This document shows, one piece after another, positions 1 to 13,600 of a stretch of 64,000 bases of DNA (positions within the stretch are counted from its first letter, which is position 1; each line of letters starts with the position of its first letter). The DNA is taken from assembly GCA_973895155.1 (NCBI GenBank), contig OZ316891.1, positions 2,595,324-2,659,323 on the forward strand, written 5' to 3'. Made by a program: the position numbers and the translations under genes. The notes beneath the pieces are model-generated. The model made no database searches and was not told where the DNA came from. It saw only the letters and a list, made by a program, of their open reading frames with translations. This stretch comes from Marsupella aquatica (taxonomy: Eukaryota > Plantae > Marchantiophyta).

Positions 1-2364
1 ATGCTCCCTGAAACTCACTAGCACCTTGTACATGGTATGCGACCTGTATTGGTCTACCCACAGTGAGCTTGATGTACTTACAAAAACTGGTTTACCCTCA
101 TGACATCTACCACGTCCATCTGGGATCTTTGCTTCACATATCACGGCCATTTGAGATCTACTACTGGGATTTTCTATCTCGAAAATAGTTTCAGGCTGAA
201 CTTTTAAGCACATAGAAGTATATCCATACAAGCTAATTGACTGACCGCCTGTAACGCCCTGGTTAATACACTTCACTCTCCAGAAGACTTTCAATTGTAC
301 TATTTGTGGTTCTTGTGGTTGCAGACCCTGGTTTCAAAGGGTCATGGAATAAGGTCACAAAGTTGATGGTGCAACTTTGGTGCCCTCAACCAAGTAAGTT
401 CTGCAGACCTAAAACCCCTTCTGTTTTGTCCCTAAAAATAGGACAAATTAGTGCCAGGACCCCTTGATTATGTAAGCTTGTTTTATTAAACTATTGGAGC
501 CATGAAGAGTTGCACATTGGAATAGATTGGATGAGAGGACAAAGATTAAATGGAGGATTCTAAATGAAGTGAATTCTAAAGATAATTAGGACAATTTCAT
601 GAAAGACAAATAGGAGTACATTCATGGTAAAACAGAGGGTATTCTCCATGCAAATTGTTTCCCTTAGTACCTCTATGTCTATACAATACAAGGAACATTC
701 CATATATTAGTTCATGCAAAATTACTTTGTCCATAGTAGTTAAAGTCCCTTGGTATTTCTCTACCTTGGATAGTAGTTATGGTGTTTCTTATCTTTGCTT
801 GTTGCTCCTCTATCCATAGTAACCAATGGGTTTCTTAAGTTACCTTGATAAATGTTAGAGAAGTTGAAAAGTTTCTTAGGTTTCCTCTATTACCTGGGTA
901 AATGTTAGACTAGTTGAAGAGTTTCTTTCTACTTGTCTTTTATTTCAAAAAAATGTAAATTAAATATAGAATTGGAATAGATTTCCAGAAAACATTGATA
1001 TATCAACCCGTATATCAATCACAACTCATCCAAAGATTATTTCTTTCACCCCTATTTTACCCTTTTCTTTGTTTACATGAAATGTTCCTTTTCATTTTTC
1101 TATTGTTTTTACAGCTACAGGGCTAATTGTTTTTATGTGCCTTGCCTCAAATACGAAGAGTCAAATTTGGTTCGTCTTGCACAACTAATGTTTCTTGTTT
1201 GTGACAACTCATACTAATGTAGCTACACGGAATTTTGGGAGGAACTTCCCATGGGGTCAGTAACAATGTGAAAAGCACCCATGTCAAACAAAGAATCTAG
1301 AGGAAATTACTAAATTGCCTCTACAAGTTACCAAATTTTGTTAAATACTTGTATAACTTGTCCTTGAATTTGTTTAGCTAAAAAAACCACCCTTTCTAAA
1401 CAAAATATCTAAAAATTAATATCAAAACTGCCTAAGTAGCTCTATGGCATGCAACGGTCCTAGCCATCCATGATAATGCATTCAAGACAAATACATGGTG
1501 GTTGTAACAAAATTATACCAAAGAGGTTTTCTGTGCGGAGCAATCCTTTCAGGTTTTACTTCCAATATTTGGGCTGGAAGAGAATTCCCAAAAAAGATCC
1601 TTGTAATTGAAGTGCCTAGCCATATGTTTGTAGATTTCCAACTTCAAGGATATTGTCTGATTTTTGTTGACTGACTAGTATGATAAATTTGGTAAAATTT
1701 CCCTAGAATCAACTTTGAATTGGGTGACTTTAGTTGTGTGGTTGATTGGGCAATGTTCTAAGAGCTATTAATTTTTGTGATTTGGGCTACTGCTTGAAGA
1801 CAACTGATCATATAGCTTTCAATTTCAACATCATCCTTGAGCCACAGCAATTTTGCTGCAGATGTTAGGCTCTTTCAACCCAGAAAAGTTTGGCTGTCTA
1901 TCGGTTCAAACCTCTGCAAGGAACCAAGAAATATGGAGAGGTGGAAAATACTCTAAAATGTATGATTGTGCACTACACCAACACTTCTGGTCATTCTGCA
2001 AGTTTACCGAATCCGCCCCTCCGCCAAAAAAAAAGGTCTTGATGCATGGCTAGAGGAGATGTATGTTGGGATATATCTAGACCAAACAAGAGAAAGTCAA
2101 CACATGCAAATAATTTCCATGGACTCCTACACTGAAAGTATGGGGTTCACCCCATCTGGGTTACGGTCATGGCCATGGAAGAAATCCAGGGCTACGTCCA
2201 TGATTACACCCACCATAGCCAGCATGCTAGAGCTCCTCCTCACCCTCTCACTCTCTCTCCTGAAGAGTGAACCTACAAGTGTGAGCACAAGTTTGTGTCC
2301 CCTTGGGTATGTACCCCCTCCCATGGTGCGTGTATGGGAACGTGGAACTCAAACAAGTGCTATC

Positions 2365-2648
2365 CTCGGGGGTTTCACTTCCACAAAAATGGCACATCAC
2401 GTGCGACGAAAGATAGTGTCGTTTCATTGGTTTGAAGGGAAGACACAAGAATTTTTGCAGAAAAACAATAGGGTCTTTTAAATTCAATTTTGAAACTTAT
2501 AAGAACATTAGTGTATTTCTAACCAAATTTTTGGAATATTCCAACTTTATTGGGGTTGAAAATATTATTTTTTCTTACATTTTAGGGGGTCTGAGGCCTA
2601 AAAACTTCGCAGGGGATGGGGAAGCATCCATATAGTGAGACCCCCGAG
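2365..2648. mobile_element. MITE family A, copy 1 (CTCGGGGG termini, 8-bp TSD)
   Basis: Terminal inverted repeats CTCGGGGGTTTCACT...AGTGAGACCCCCGAG. Flanked by the perfect 8-bp direct repeat GTGCTATC (2357-2364 and 2649-2656). Internal sequence resembles 23499-23743. Confidence 0.85.
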
Positions 2649-2711
2649 GTGCTATCCTATTTCCCAAAAGTCTAGCTAGTATAATAGAAGTAAATAAGTT
2701 ATAGAGGTCCA

Positions 2712-2935
2712 GATGAGAAAAGATGTTGAGGTGAGTAAAAGATGTTGAGATGAAAAAAGACGTGGATGAGAGAAAAATATCTCAAGGTGAAGAAAAGAAC
2801 TCAAGGTAAGAAAAAAGAACTCAAAGTGAAGAAAAGAACTCAAGGTAAGAAAAAAGAACTCAAGGTAAGAAAAAAGATACCGAGGGGAGAAAAAATGACA
2901 AAGTGAGTAAAAAATGACAAAGTGAGTAAAAAGTA
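2712..2935. repeat. Purine-rich degenerate tandem repeat (e.g. AAGAACTCAAGGTAAGAAAA units)
   Basis: Repeated ~20-bp units visible directly. Confidence 0.7.
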
Positions 2936-4330
2936 AACATTCAATACCAAGGAGAGAAAAGATCATGAACACTATTTGCCAGAATCTACTCCTTTAGAGA
3001 AGCAAACATTCGCCACACTGGCTAAAAAATAAAAATTATTAAAAAATAAGCTGCTATGGATAGATTTGACCGAGTGTCTATGAGCTTGTAAACGGAAAAT
3101 TCCGCCAACCGTGGCCCATCACCATATAAGCTATTCTGGGATTGCCGAGTTCCGAGAGGTACTAATTCATAAATGTACAGTAGGATGATGGAAGTGACAC
3201 TAGTGACGGGAGGCACTTGAGTTCTGTTGAATGTGATTTATCAGCGTGGAGCATTCGGCTTCTTGACATTTCTCGGAATACAGCAAGGGATAGCCCGGTA
3301 ATTTCCATAGACACAACATGACTGGCTTTGTTTCTGTTATGAATTTCGTCTTTTGCAAGCTCTGCAGTCGATGCTGATCTGATTGAAGCTTTACAGCACC
3401 GGTCTGTAGCTTGTCAAGCATAGCACATCAATCCAATTCGCTCAAGTCAATGACAGAACCTTGCAGCAATGCAGCAGCTCTCGACAGTATCACTTCGCTC
3501 AGAGAGCTTGACTGAACTGATCTGCATTCAATTGCTGCGTGCTGTTTAGGTTCTATTGCACCGAATTGGATCCATTCCTTGATCCATTCTGAGCTCTGCA
3601 CCGTCGGCGGCGGCTGCTGCTTTCCAGCTATGGCGGCCACGAGGTAAGCTGGACATAGAAAACTCTGAAGGCTGTTGCACGTTGCTGAATAAAGAATTGT
3701 CAATCACGTACAATGCGACAAAGGGCTGATCAAAAGCTTGGCTTCGTTGCATACAAGTGCTTTAGATTGGCTCATTTTGAATGGTATTGTGTCACTTCGT
3801 GGTACCTGCTCAACGCCAAGACATTGGACTATTCAATGAAAAGTTTCCTGAGGAGGAATGAATACCCATGCCAGTGGACTTCCCGAGGTTCTGACCTCAT
3901 GGTGCCACCATAATCACAGAAATTCCGGGCCGGCCAGGTAAAATACTTGTGCTGTAAAATAAGCGTTCGTCATGCGTGCCAGCCGGGCAATCATGGTCCC
4001 TCACAAAACCGTAATGCGCTTGCCAGGCTGTGGCGGGTATTACGAATAGATGGTCTGGTCTGCACTATCGGCAAATACTAACTAGAAACAAACCGATCGA
4101 TTTTACGAGAGCGATGTCTCGGTTTGGTGGCTTTCGAGAGGGAGCATTCTCGGGAGCATGTGGACTGCGGTAATCATTGAATTCAATCAAAGTGCGACGA
4201 ATGTCTTTACTGTGAACAGCAGGACATCATCGAGGCTTCGTTGGTGTCCTACTGCAGTGCTACCCAACTCTCCACCTACTCACTCACCACGCCCTGACTC
4301 TGGAGTCTCGACCGAGGCCAGCACTGTGAA

Positions 4331-4382
4331 GCAGGCAGGCAGGCAGGCAGGCAGGCGGGAGGACGGGAGGACGGGAGGGCGG
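4331..4382. repeat. (GCAG)n / (GGAGGACG)n microsatellite
   Basis: Direct inspection. Confidence 0.8.
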
Positions 4383-4725
4383 AAGGACTCCCGGACAAAC
4401 AGACGGGCATTGAGTAGGCTCTTAGTGCGGTGCGTACCCGTGCGTGGATTTCTTCACTCTTTGGTCTCAACTAAACACTCAATCAGGTGCCTGCGGACCA
4501 CAATCTGAATTGTGTAAACAGTGCAGCTGACCCATCCCCAGCTCAATTAGAGTTTTTCTGAGCCTTCGTTTCCGAACTTGGCACGACGGAAGAATGAGTT
4601 TCAGTCCGGGAGGATCGATCCTGGTGAATGAACATCGTTCAAGAGGACGATCAATCATGAGCTGGCTTTGAAGCTAACATGCTTGCAGAACTCGAGTAGT
4701 CGTCCCTGTAGACTGAATGGTTGCT

Positions 4726-4886
4726 GGCGCTGAGAGAATTGTTACTGGTGGGTGGCGCTGAGAGAATTGTTACTGGTGGGTGGCGCAATACCGTTCCAAT
4801 AACAACAGATCCAGCGAGAGCGCTGAGAGCATTTGTTACTGGTTGGTGGCGCAATACCGTTCCAATAACAACAGATCCAGCGAGAG
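4726..4886. repeat. Nested tandem duplication (GCGCTGAGAGAATTGTTACTGGTGGGTG and GCGCAATACCGTTCCAATAACAACAGATCCAGCGAGA units)
   Basis: Near-perfect repeated blocks seen directly. Confidence 0.85.
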
Positions 4887-5623
4887 TAGGCTCTGACTGC
4901 GTGAATTGCAGGCGAGTGAGGAAACGGAGGCGGTAGAATCGGACTGGGCCTCTGCCTGCCCTCTGGACTCATGTCTTCTTTGCCAAGCGCTTCGGCAATA
5001 TTAGTAGCAGCTTGCATGATGAGGAACTGATGTTTCCTTCGTAGCTCAGTGTATGGGGGGAGCTCTCTCTTCCAAAAAATTCACACCAACGAGGCACATC
5101 GTGTGCCGCGATGTGTTTCACTTCCGGGCCTACAAGTGATGAACGTGGCAGTAGCCTGGTGCCGTCTCTTCTCCTTCTATCATAAATTTCATCAGTTGAA
5201 CTGTTCAGTCAGTGAATGAATATTGAATAAATGCGTGTTCGTATTCTTTTAACGTATGACACGAAAAGTCTATTAAACGGGAGAGTTCTGTAGCTTGTAC
5301 TCAATTTTTTGAGGGAGCTTTCCATCTGTCGAGTTCCAATTGCTCGGATTACCTTGGATCTCGCCTTCGATGGACGCGTGTGCAATGAAGAATAGTAATC
5401 ACAGGCGAACTCTTCCCTGGTTTTCCCATGTTGTCCATCATGGTTCCAGTGATTTCAATCTACAGAAGTTCCTTTTCCGAATAGACAGTAGAGCACATCT
5501 CGTCATAAAGGTCACACATGCTGTACGTACTTATGCTCGCGGCGCTCAAGCCCAACCACCATGAACCAGTTGGCATTTGCTTCTTGGCTTGCGATTAACA
5601 TTCTGGACTTTGTCATCTTGTAG

Positions 5624-7378
5624 AAGGACGGGCTTCGCGCCAAGCAGCCAGGATCCAAACGCAACAAATCGAAGAAACCGAAGTACATCTCGGGTCCCCT
5701 CGCAGCAACATACGTTACTTCTCCATTCATGGAGGTTTTGCTTTGATTCTTCGTGAATCGCTACTTTTAGTGCACAGAACTCTGCGATGAACTACTCAAT
5801 CGGGTCCCTGATCATGCTTGCAGGCCGTCCGCGTCCAGGCTGTCGACGAAGGAGTATGCTAGCGCCAAGAAATCTGGAGTTGTAGCAAAGGTTGTGAGTC
5901 TTGCAAAGGCGGCCTCGCCATCCAGGACTGACTTCAAGGGTTCCCAGTCCAAGACTGCCTTCACCAGATTAGGATCTTCGGCCGAAATTAAAGGGATGCA
6001 AAACGCAGAAGAGATGACGAACAGCTTGTCCCCCACAGGCGTCGGATCCAACCCTTTTGTAAGCAAGTCCCTTACAAGTGATTCCAAAGGTAGCCGATCC
6101 CAGCGATTTGTGAGCAACTCTGGCCAGATTGTTCCTAAGGAAGTACCATCCGACCAGCTTGGAAGCAATTCCGAGATCGCTCGGAACAACGTACAATCCG
6201 AGCGGTTTTTGCGCAATTCTGAGATCGCTCGTAAAGATGTGCAATCCGACCGGTTTCCAAGCGATTCCGGGAGTACTCCGAAGCTCGACAAAAAACCTTT
6301 CATTTCGGCTCAATTTATGTCGAAGGTTAGTAAATGTGAATTCTCACAATTTGCTTCAATTCACTCAACCTTGTTTTTTCGGATTGCTTCAATTATCCTT
6401 ATGACGCTAACAAGTCGCAAGTCTTTGACGTCTTTCATCTGCGTCTGACCAAATTCAGGTGAATACTAAGCAAGTGAAAGGTGCGATGAAAGGAATGGGG
6501 AAGGAGTTGAGGCGCGCAGCGTCCACTGTTGGGGAGAAGCTCCCAAACTATTCGACGAGTAAGTCATGCTCCAAGTCCTAACCTTCTGATATGCGTCGTC
6601 CAAGGAGAAACCCAGAGTTCATTCCCGTCAAAACCAATAATTCTAGAGACGTGGCTCGTAAGGCTTTGTTGATGGATATCGCTCGTATCTAGCTCCGTAA
6701 CAAAGAGGGTTCGACGATGGGCCCTGCACTCACAATCGTGACGCATTGTGTCCAGAGAAAAAGAACAAAGAAGACAAAGACAGTCGGGAGCTCCTGGAAC
6801 CTCAAAAGCCTCAGGTTCGCGACCCTGGCGAAATTAAAAAGGCGTATGGTCACGCACCTGCAGTGGTATGTGTAGTTTCATCCCCTGTCATCATTTTTAC
6901 TGAGGCTGCATTTCCAGTCTCAACAATTGGTCTGGACAGATATGACAAAATTCGGACTGAGCTCGTGAAGTAAATCTCTTCTGCACTTACTGGAATTGCT
7001 GTTTTACGCAGTGTTGATTGACTCACTGGTGCCCAGCAAAGAATCAAAGAAGTGTCTTGATTCGTCTCTGTTTTCCAGGATACTACCAATCAAGCAGCGA
7101 TGGTAACACGCGAGAAATTGCACGAACGAGGAGAAAAAATATCGGTGAGAAACACTCAGAGGTTGCCCTTCCATTTTCACAAATTGACCAGATGCTTGCA
7201 GTGAATTGATCCAGCTGCAGCAAAATTTAAACTGTCCTCATGGATCTACCCCTTCCTTCCTCTGCAGGCTCTGCAAAGAAAAACCACAGACCTGGAGGCT
7301 GACGCGGCCAACTTTTCGTCCCTAGCTCACGAGCTTGCCAAGAAGATGGAGGCCAAGAAGTGGTATGAGTTTAGTTGA
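5624..7378 (+). CDS. Multi-exon gene: Ser/Lys-rich disordered region plus C-terminal tomosyn-type R-SNARE coiled coil without a transmembrane anchor; 5' end unresolved
   Basis: Phase-consistent GT-AG exons 5824-6325, 6459-6558, 6756-6865, 7079-7144 and 7268-7378, plus a probable exon at 5624-5734. Spliced C-terminus: ...KPQVRDPGEIKKAYGHAPAV-DTTNQAAMVTREKLHERGEKIS-ALQRKTTDLEADAANFSSLAHELAKKMEAKKWYEFS*. This matches the tomosyn R-SNARE pattern (ERGEK zero-layer Arg, A..F...A.EL, KKW ending). Confidence 0.8.
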
Positions 7379-10300
7379 TCGCCGACAATGTCTTCACGAT
7401 TGGAGTACCCTCCTTGATCTGGCTCGTGGTGATCACTCCCAGATCGCTCACAGTGTGCTTATGTAGCAGCTTTGTTCGTCTATTCCAAGCGGTCTGCCCA
7501 CGAACTTATGCAGCTTGGGGACAAGACGACTACGATTTCTGAACGACTTCATCGTGCATAGGGCGACAGAGCGTCGCTACAACACTTTGACAGAACAAGG
7601 ATACATTGATTTCTTAACATGGCTTCATCACGAATCCCATGAGGTAGAATGCCGGAGCGGAAGACCTAAAATTTTGAAAGCCTAAAGCGTCGAGTTTCAC
7701 CACATCAAAGACTCTGCCTATAGTAAGCATTTGTCTCCGCGATTGATCGACACCAGTACAGAATTTCCCTTCCGCTTCGGTCAACACCAAATAACTCGAC
7801 GTCTGTCATCGATCTCTTGCTGCTGCCGGTTTAAGCTCTGGCCGACGACAATCCTGCTCGATCAACGCCCGGCATTGGTGTACATATTGCAGATAAACCC
7901 GGAGCTGGGGCAATTCTCCATCAAAAACTAAAATCCCGGTCCTGAGAATTCGCGCGCCGGACCAATTTTCACAAACTTTGCTCCCATCTGACCACTGCGA
8001 TGGAACAAACATCCACTTCAGCCTGCCAAGGTCACACTAGGCAAATAGAATACGATGAATCTGCTATTTTGGTACTTGTATGGACAGGGGAAGCTTCTGA
8101 GTGAGCCATCGACGAGGTCATACACGAAGCAAGCGATCGGAATCCAGATTGTCAATTGAAATGGTGGCGAGCTGAAATGTAGGACAGCATTCTTGAGCTA
8201 GAAGGATCAACCCACTCCCGCTTGGATCCTACAATCCTGTATAAACCTGATTCCGTCACAAGGCCGGCAACACGAGTATCAGATCTCGGTATCTCCTTCA
8301 GCTTTAGTTCGAGACTATCATCGACCATTGTGGATTGCGAGCTCACCAACGCACTGATGTCTTCCTCGCATTGTTCTCTCAGTCAACATTGATGCATTGT
8401 TTAGAGTTATTCCTATAATTGAGCTGAGCTCTCTCGACCCTCCTCTATTTTTTTAATTTTTATTTTAAATTTTAAATGGACATAAAGGGAAGAGTCGGTC
8501 ATAACAACATAACCTGCTCTATTTTTATTTTTATTTTAAAAAATTAACAGGAATCTTTTGTATTTTTGTTGTTGTTTTTTTATTTAAATTTTAAACGGGA
8601 AATCTATGAAACCTCACAGAAAGCATAAAGAGAATCAGTCATAACATTTGAACCCAGACCTATCAATCTGGGCAACCCTGCTCTATTTTGATGTATTTTT
8701 GGGTCTTCACAGTTCCCATTCAGCTTGTATTTCTAAAAGTGATTGAGGCTGTATTTACAAGACCTTGGTGCACAATTAAAACACAAGCTAGGGTAACTCT
8801 CAATATATCAAGTGGGTAACTTTCAAGAAAATAAGTTCATGAATGGGCATTTACCAGACCTTGGGGCACAATTAAAACACAAGCTCTGGTAACTTTCATT
8901 ATAAAGTGGGTAAGTCTCATTATAAAGTGCACAAGTTCAGGAATGGGCTTGAGCTCCACAACAGGTGACAAGTGCTTCACCTTTTAATGGCAAGTCCTAT
9001 AAAGAGCTTTGGTAACTCTCATTATAAAGTGCACAAGTTCAGGAATGGACTTGAGCTACACAAAACGTCATAGGTGCTCCATCTTTGATTGGCAAATGCT
9101 CCACCTGTTTTGGTGAGAAAATGTTCATGGTAGGACAAGAATGAAGAGTAGTGAGAGAGGGAATGGGACTTTTATATGGGCAGATGTGATTTAAGTTTTT
9201 TCCTGGTCTCCAAGATGTTGATCAGGGCCATATGTTCCTGTTCACTTTATAAAAACTTGGGGGTACTTTCAACCTTACTCTCAACTTAACCTGTTACCCA
9301 TCATACATGTATAGGATATTTCAACCTAACCTGTTATCTATCTTACATGTATAGAATAATGATGGGTTGGGCACAGGGCTCCTCAGTGCAGTGGAAGAAT
9401 CCTTGCTCAACAATGAAGCACTTGCTTGGGCACCATCTAACTCCTGGAAGAGGCTCTAACCTTGTGACTGGAAAGTGAAGAAAGCTGACTGGCAGTAGTC
9501 ACCAAGCTTTTCTGAGCACTATGGGAGTTCAGACGCTTTTCTGAGCACTATGGGAGTTCATACTGGAACCCCAGCCCAGACCTTCATTACAGTATGGAAA
9601 TGTGTATGGGGAAAAGTTGGCTATCATGACATTCCAGGCAGGAGGTTATGGAGATAGCAGAGACCTCCAGAAGTGGTTACTCACCAGTAACCTTTACTTT
9701 GGACCAAATCTATTGAATGGAGTGGGGGCCAATCTCTTTTGGTACACCTTACCTTCATCCCTGTAAACCCACAGCTGCCACTGCAAAAGGGGCTCTATCT
9801 CTAACCTGCCACTATTCATTAGCCGAGGGAGGGCCGAGGCAAATAGTAGACCTATCCTGCAGGCTCTCCCATTTGCCAAGGCAAGGGCCGAGGCAAATAG
9901 CAGACCTATCCTGCAGGCTCTCCCCACTCACTTCTCATCATATGACCTTCATACCGTGAAATCATTTTCTCACTAGTTCTTTAAAAATGTGATCTATTTC
10001 CATTTGCTGAGCATAGATCTGGATGAGATCTACATTGATATCGTGAACTAACGAGATGACATCAATACTCTAAATACATGATTACACTTTATGTCAAAAA
10101 CAATGGCATTCGCTGCCCGGCCTGAAAAGCGACCGGGAATGTCAAAATTGGTCTAGGACGATGATATCGTTGATAATATTCTTAAAGTGGCTTTACAAGA
10201 CATCCAGGACCCAGTGATTTGTTTTTTCATTCTCTCTCACATTGGATGCGTCCTTTTTTCATTTTCTCCGATATATAATCTGGAGAGAGTAATGAGGATA

Positions 10301-10682
10301 CTGCTTCAATTGGCTTTCCAAGCACAGGGGGGCCATTCAGGGTTGGAGTCTGGTGGCCCATTCAAGTTTGGGGTCTGATGACTTGTTGGCCGAGACAACA
10401 AAGTATTACTTTTACAGCATTCTCCTTACTTTGGAGGGCTTTGTTTTACAGTGGGAGAAATTCAAAAGTAAGAACCTGATGAGGCTCTGAGAGAGATAGC
10501 CTCCTAACAAAAATGCCTTGTAATCTACATCAAGTGTGATACCTAGAGAGCGCACTTGCTCGAGTAAGAACTTACTGTCAAGTCAGTGGGCAACTCTAAA
10601 GTAGAACATTACGACCTGAGTAGTTTGTCACAAAATTGTCTTCAAAAGAAGGGTGGGGCCGACTGGTGTCTGTTTCGACTTC

Positions 10683-13600
10683 TCATAAAACACCCTTTCG
10701 TCTCAAAAACGCATCTTGAGATGGCGCCCTCCCTAGAAAATCCTCCAAGATTTCAATCCCATCTTTGCAAGCTCCAGGCTGCAAAACCTACACATCACAC
10801 AGAACAAATGTCAAATTAAGATGCTACTTAAAAACTTAGAGCAATCAAACTTCTCAGTCAAAGCAGCAACTATGTTCACGACCAGCTTATAAGATGTGAT
10901 ATAAGTTGCATACTCGCAAGGCCCTGGAGGATGCAACGTACCTTGTCCCTGTACTCCCTGCCTGTAATTCTGCTAAGAATGTTCCATTTAAACTTTGTTG
11001 CAAACATGTCCGACGAGTACACCTGAGCCAAGTAAACGAAGCTTAATTAACGCATCCTCTTTTAACCGGTTGCCTGAAGAAAATGATCATGTAGTGCCGT
11101 GTAAACAAAACCTGTATGCCAAAAAAGGTACATCGCAAGAGTGACTCACCTCACTCCACAAGTAACCATAATATCCTCCATCATAACCCCCCACTAGGTG
11201 GCTAAACGATGCACCAAAATTCGTTCCATCATCCATTTGAATGCCCTCCATCACCTGCATCCAGTCAAAGTTCCTTCAGGTGGTCTCATATAGTAGAAGC
11301 CTCTGTTCAGAAACATACCCCTGGATCTCGTCCTTGCTCTAGTCTATATTGAAAGAGTATAGACTACACCAACGTATCCAGTTGAGAGCTATCCCATTTT
11401 GCGCTATATGAACTAACGACACCATGGAAATCAAAATGCATTCACAGTTCTTCTGGATCATTAGAAAACGTAGTGGTTCAGTAAACACATACCTCAGAAT
11501 GTAATTCTCTCAGGAGAGCAGTTGTGTCTACGTTATTGGTAGTATGAATTGCTTGGTCAAAAAGTCCTGTGGTGTAAAGAGTACACACAGGGCAAACACC
11601 AGTCAAGAGATATCCCACGAACCAGATCAATTTCATATACAGCTAGGATTTGCTTCTAAACATGTGGTAAGCAAAATTAAACTAATAATGCAGCCCATTT
11701 AGATAACCAACGTCCATTTTCAGCATCAGGCATTATCGTTCAGTCTAGCACATTTAAATGAAAAGTATCGTTTGAGACACCCCGGAGACATTGAACTGAC
11801 CACAATCGGCCGGAACTCGTATGACGACCATTACATACCAAGGAGCACTTGGCGCTTCGTGAGAATGGCTGAATAAGATCGTCTCTTTTTCGACAATGCT
11901 TGGCAATATTCACCAGGGATAGGTTGTTTAATATCCTGTAAAAATCCACGAACAACTCAATCAGATTGAACTTGCTTTTCAGAAGGACTTTTGTGTGTAC
12001 ACGGTCCTTATAATATAAGACAGGCAAGTCAAAACTCCCACTGAGTAAGATTGCTATGAGTTCGTTTTTGAATTCCCTTAAGAGTAAATCCCAGATTAAC
12101 ATTTAATAGGTGCACGATAGATTTATATCAACACAAACCTTGTAGTACCCACTCATCAATTTCAAGGCTGGGGCCTCAAAGCACCTGCAAAACCAGCGAG
12201 AGAAGCTCAAGACCTTACAGAGTAGAGGCTAAGAACTTGGGCCCACCACAGGAAATCACTCTAGACAACGCAAGTTGGAGAAACTGTTTCAAAATAACAT
12301 TTTTCAACCCTGATATGATCAACTTTCTCCAAGAATGGGATCGACTCAAGACATGAAATTGAAGATTATACCAGTTCTCCAGCATTTGACTAGGAGCCTC
12401 CACAAAGTCGTCTTCGCCTCGGAGACCACTGAACCTTACAAAGGATGACCGGCTGCAAATATGATGCATCTGCAAATTCAAATAATTCTACTGTGATGAA
12501 TATTCTCATTGATTTCTAAGTTAGCACGTAGGACTCTAGACGTACGTGTAAAGTGATACACCGGATAGAACAAGACTTCACTGAGTGCTACGTGTTTTAA
12601 AGGGGACTTTAAAAATGGGTCTCCTTACATAAAAAAATTCCATTAGCTAGTAGAAGACATGACAGACATGTGTAACAAAGCTCTTTGATGACGCGAAATT
12701 CAAACTCTCTCGAATAACAGAACCATTAAGCCCCAAGGACTCGACAAACACAGTGCTAATGGGTACAGGACAAACTGCGATGAATTTAGACGATATCAGT
12801 TTTCCCTCCGCCAAACTGAGAAATGACTTACCACATGCCCAAACTCATGAACGAAATTCACCACCTCCTCATGGGTTAACAATGATGGCCCCTTCGTTGG
12901 CTTTGTAAAGTTGGCAAGCATCGCAACTACTGGCAACTGCGCACTTTTTGTAGGATGTTGCCGCAGAGTTAGGTAATACATACATCAGCCAAGACTGGAG
13001 GTGTCAGGCACAAATAGAGTCCACTCAACATGACAAATACACTTACTTTTGGAATCAGAATTAAGCTTGCAAATTTCCTCATTTCTGAAGGCTATATATT
13101 CCAGTTTACGACAGCTACCAAATCAGACTATGCAGATCCTCATTAAAACTACTCAATTTGGAAGCCGTTATGTACCTGTCGTGTTCCGTTTCCTCGCACA
13201 CAGCCTGACTGAAGCGAGCAAACACACGTCTGGGAGTACTTTCCGTTTCTACAATGTACATTGAAGATATTTATTAAGTCACTTACATTGATTACGAGCA
13301 GCTGATTGACAACAGAGCCCTTCAAACTCTCAAATTCACCATTACAGTTCAACAAAGGACAGTTCAAGCATTGCAGACTGTCACCGAGGGTCATCATATG
13401 AGGCATTTCATTGGTAATAAAATGTGTTTCTATCTCAGACACCGTACCTGGGATAGAGATCAAGATAAAAGTAACCCATCAGCTCTCCAGTCTCCGCATC
13501 CAAAACAGCAAAGAGCTGCACTTCGGAATCCCAGACTTGTGGTCTTTCCAACCCTTTGAATCTAAGACCTGCCAAGATTATTCAATTCAACGATTGAGCA

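Noticed and set aside
249-260. TGTAACGCCC, typical of gypsy LTR starts (similar motif at ~29234)
   Set aside because: No partner LTR, PBS or pol sequence found.
1966-2481. 171-aa ORF
   Set aside because: No recognisable domain; it runs into MITE family A, so it is probably a chance ORF.
5812-6313. Minus-strand ORFs of 163 and 114 aa
   Set aside because: Antisense shadows of the plus-strand SNARE-gene exon.
7690-8349. Minus-strand fragments resembling an F-box/kelch C-terminus (FVYDLVDGSLRSFP...FYLPSV)
   Set aside because: Frames are broken and the similarity is too weak to call without a search.
9350-9800. Trp-rich stretch reminiscent of a LINE remnant
   Set aside because: No diagnostic motif could be reconstructed.
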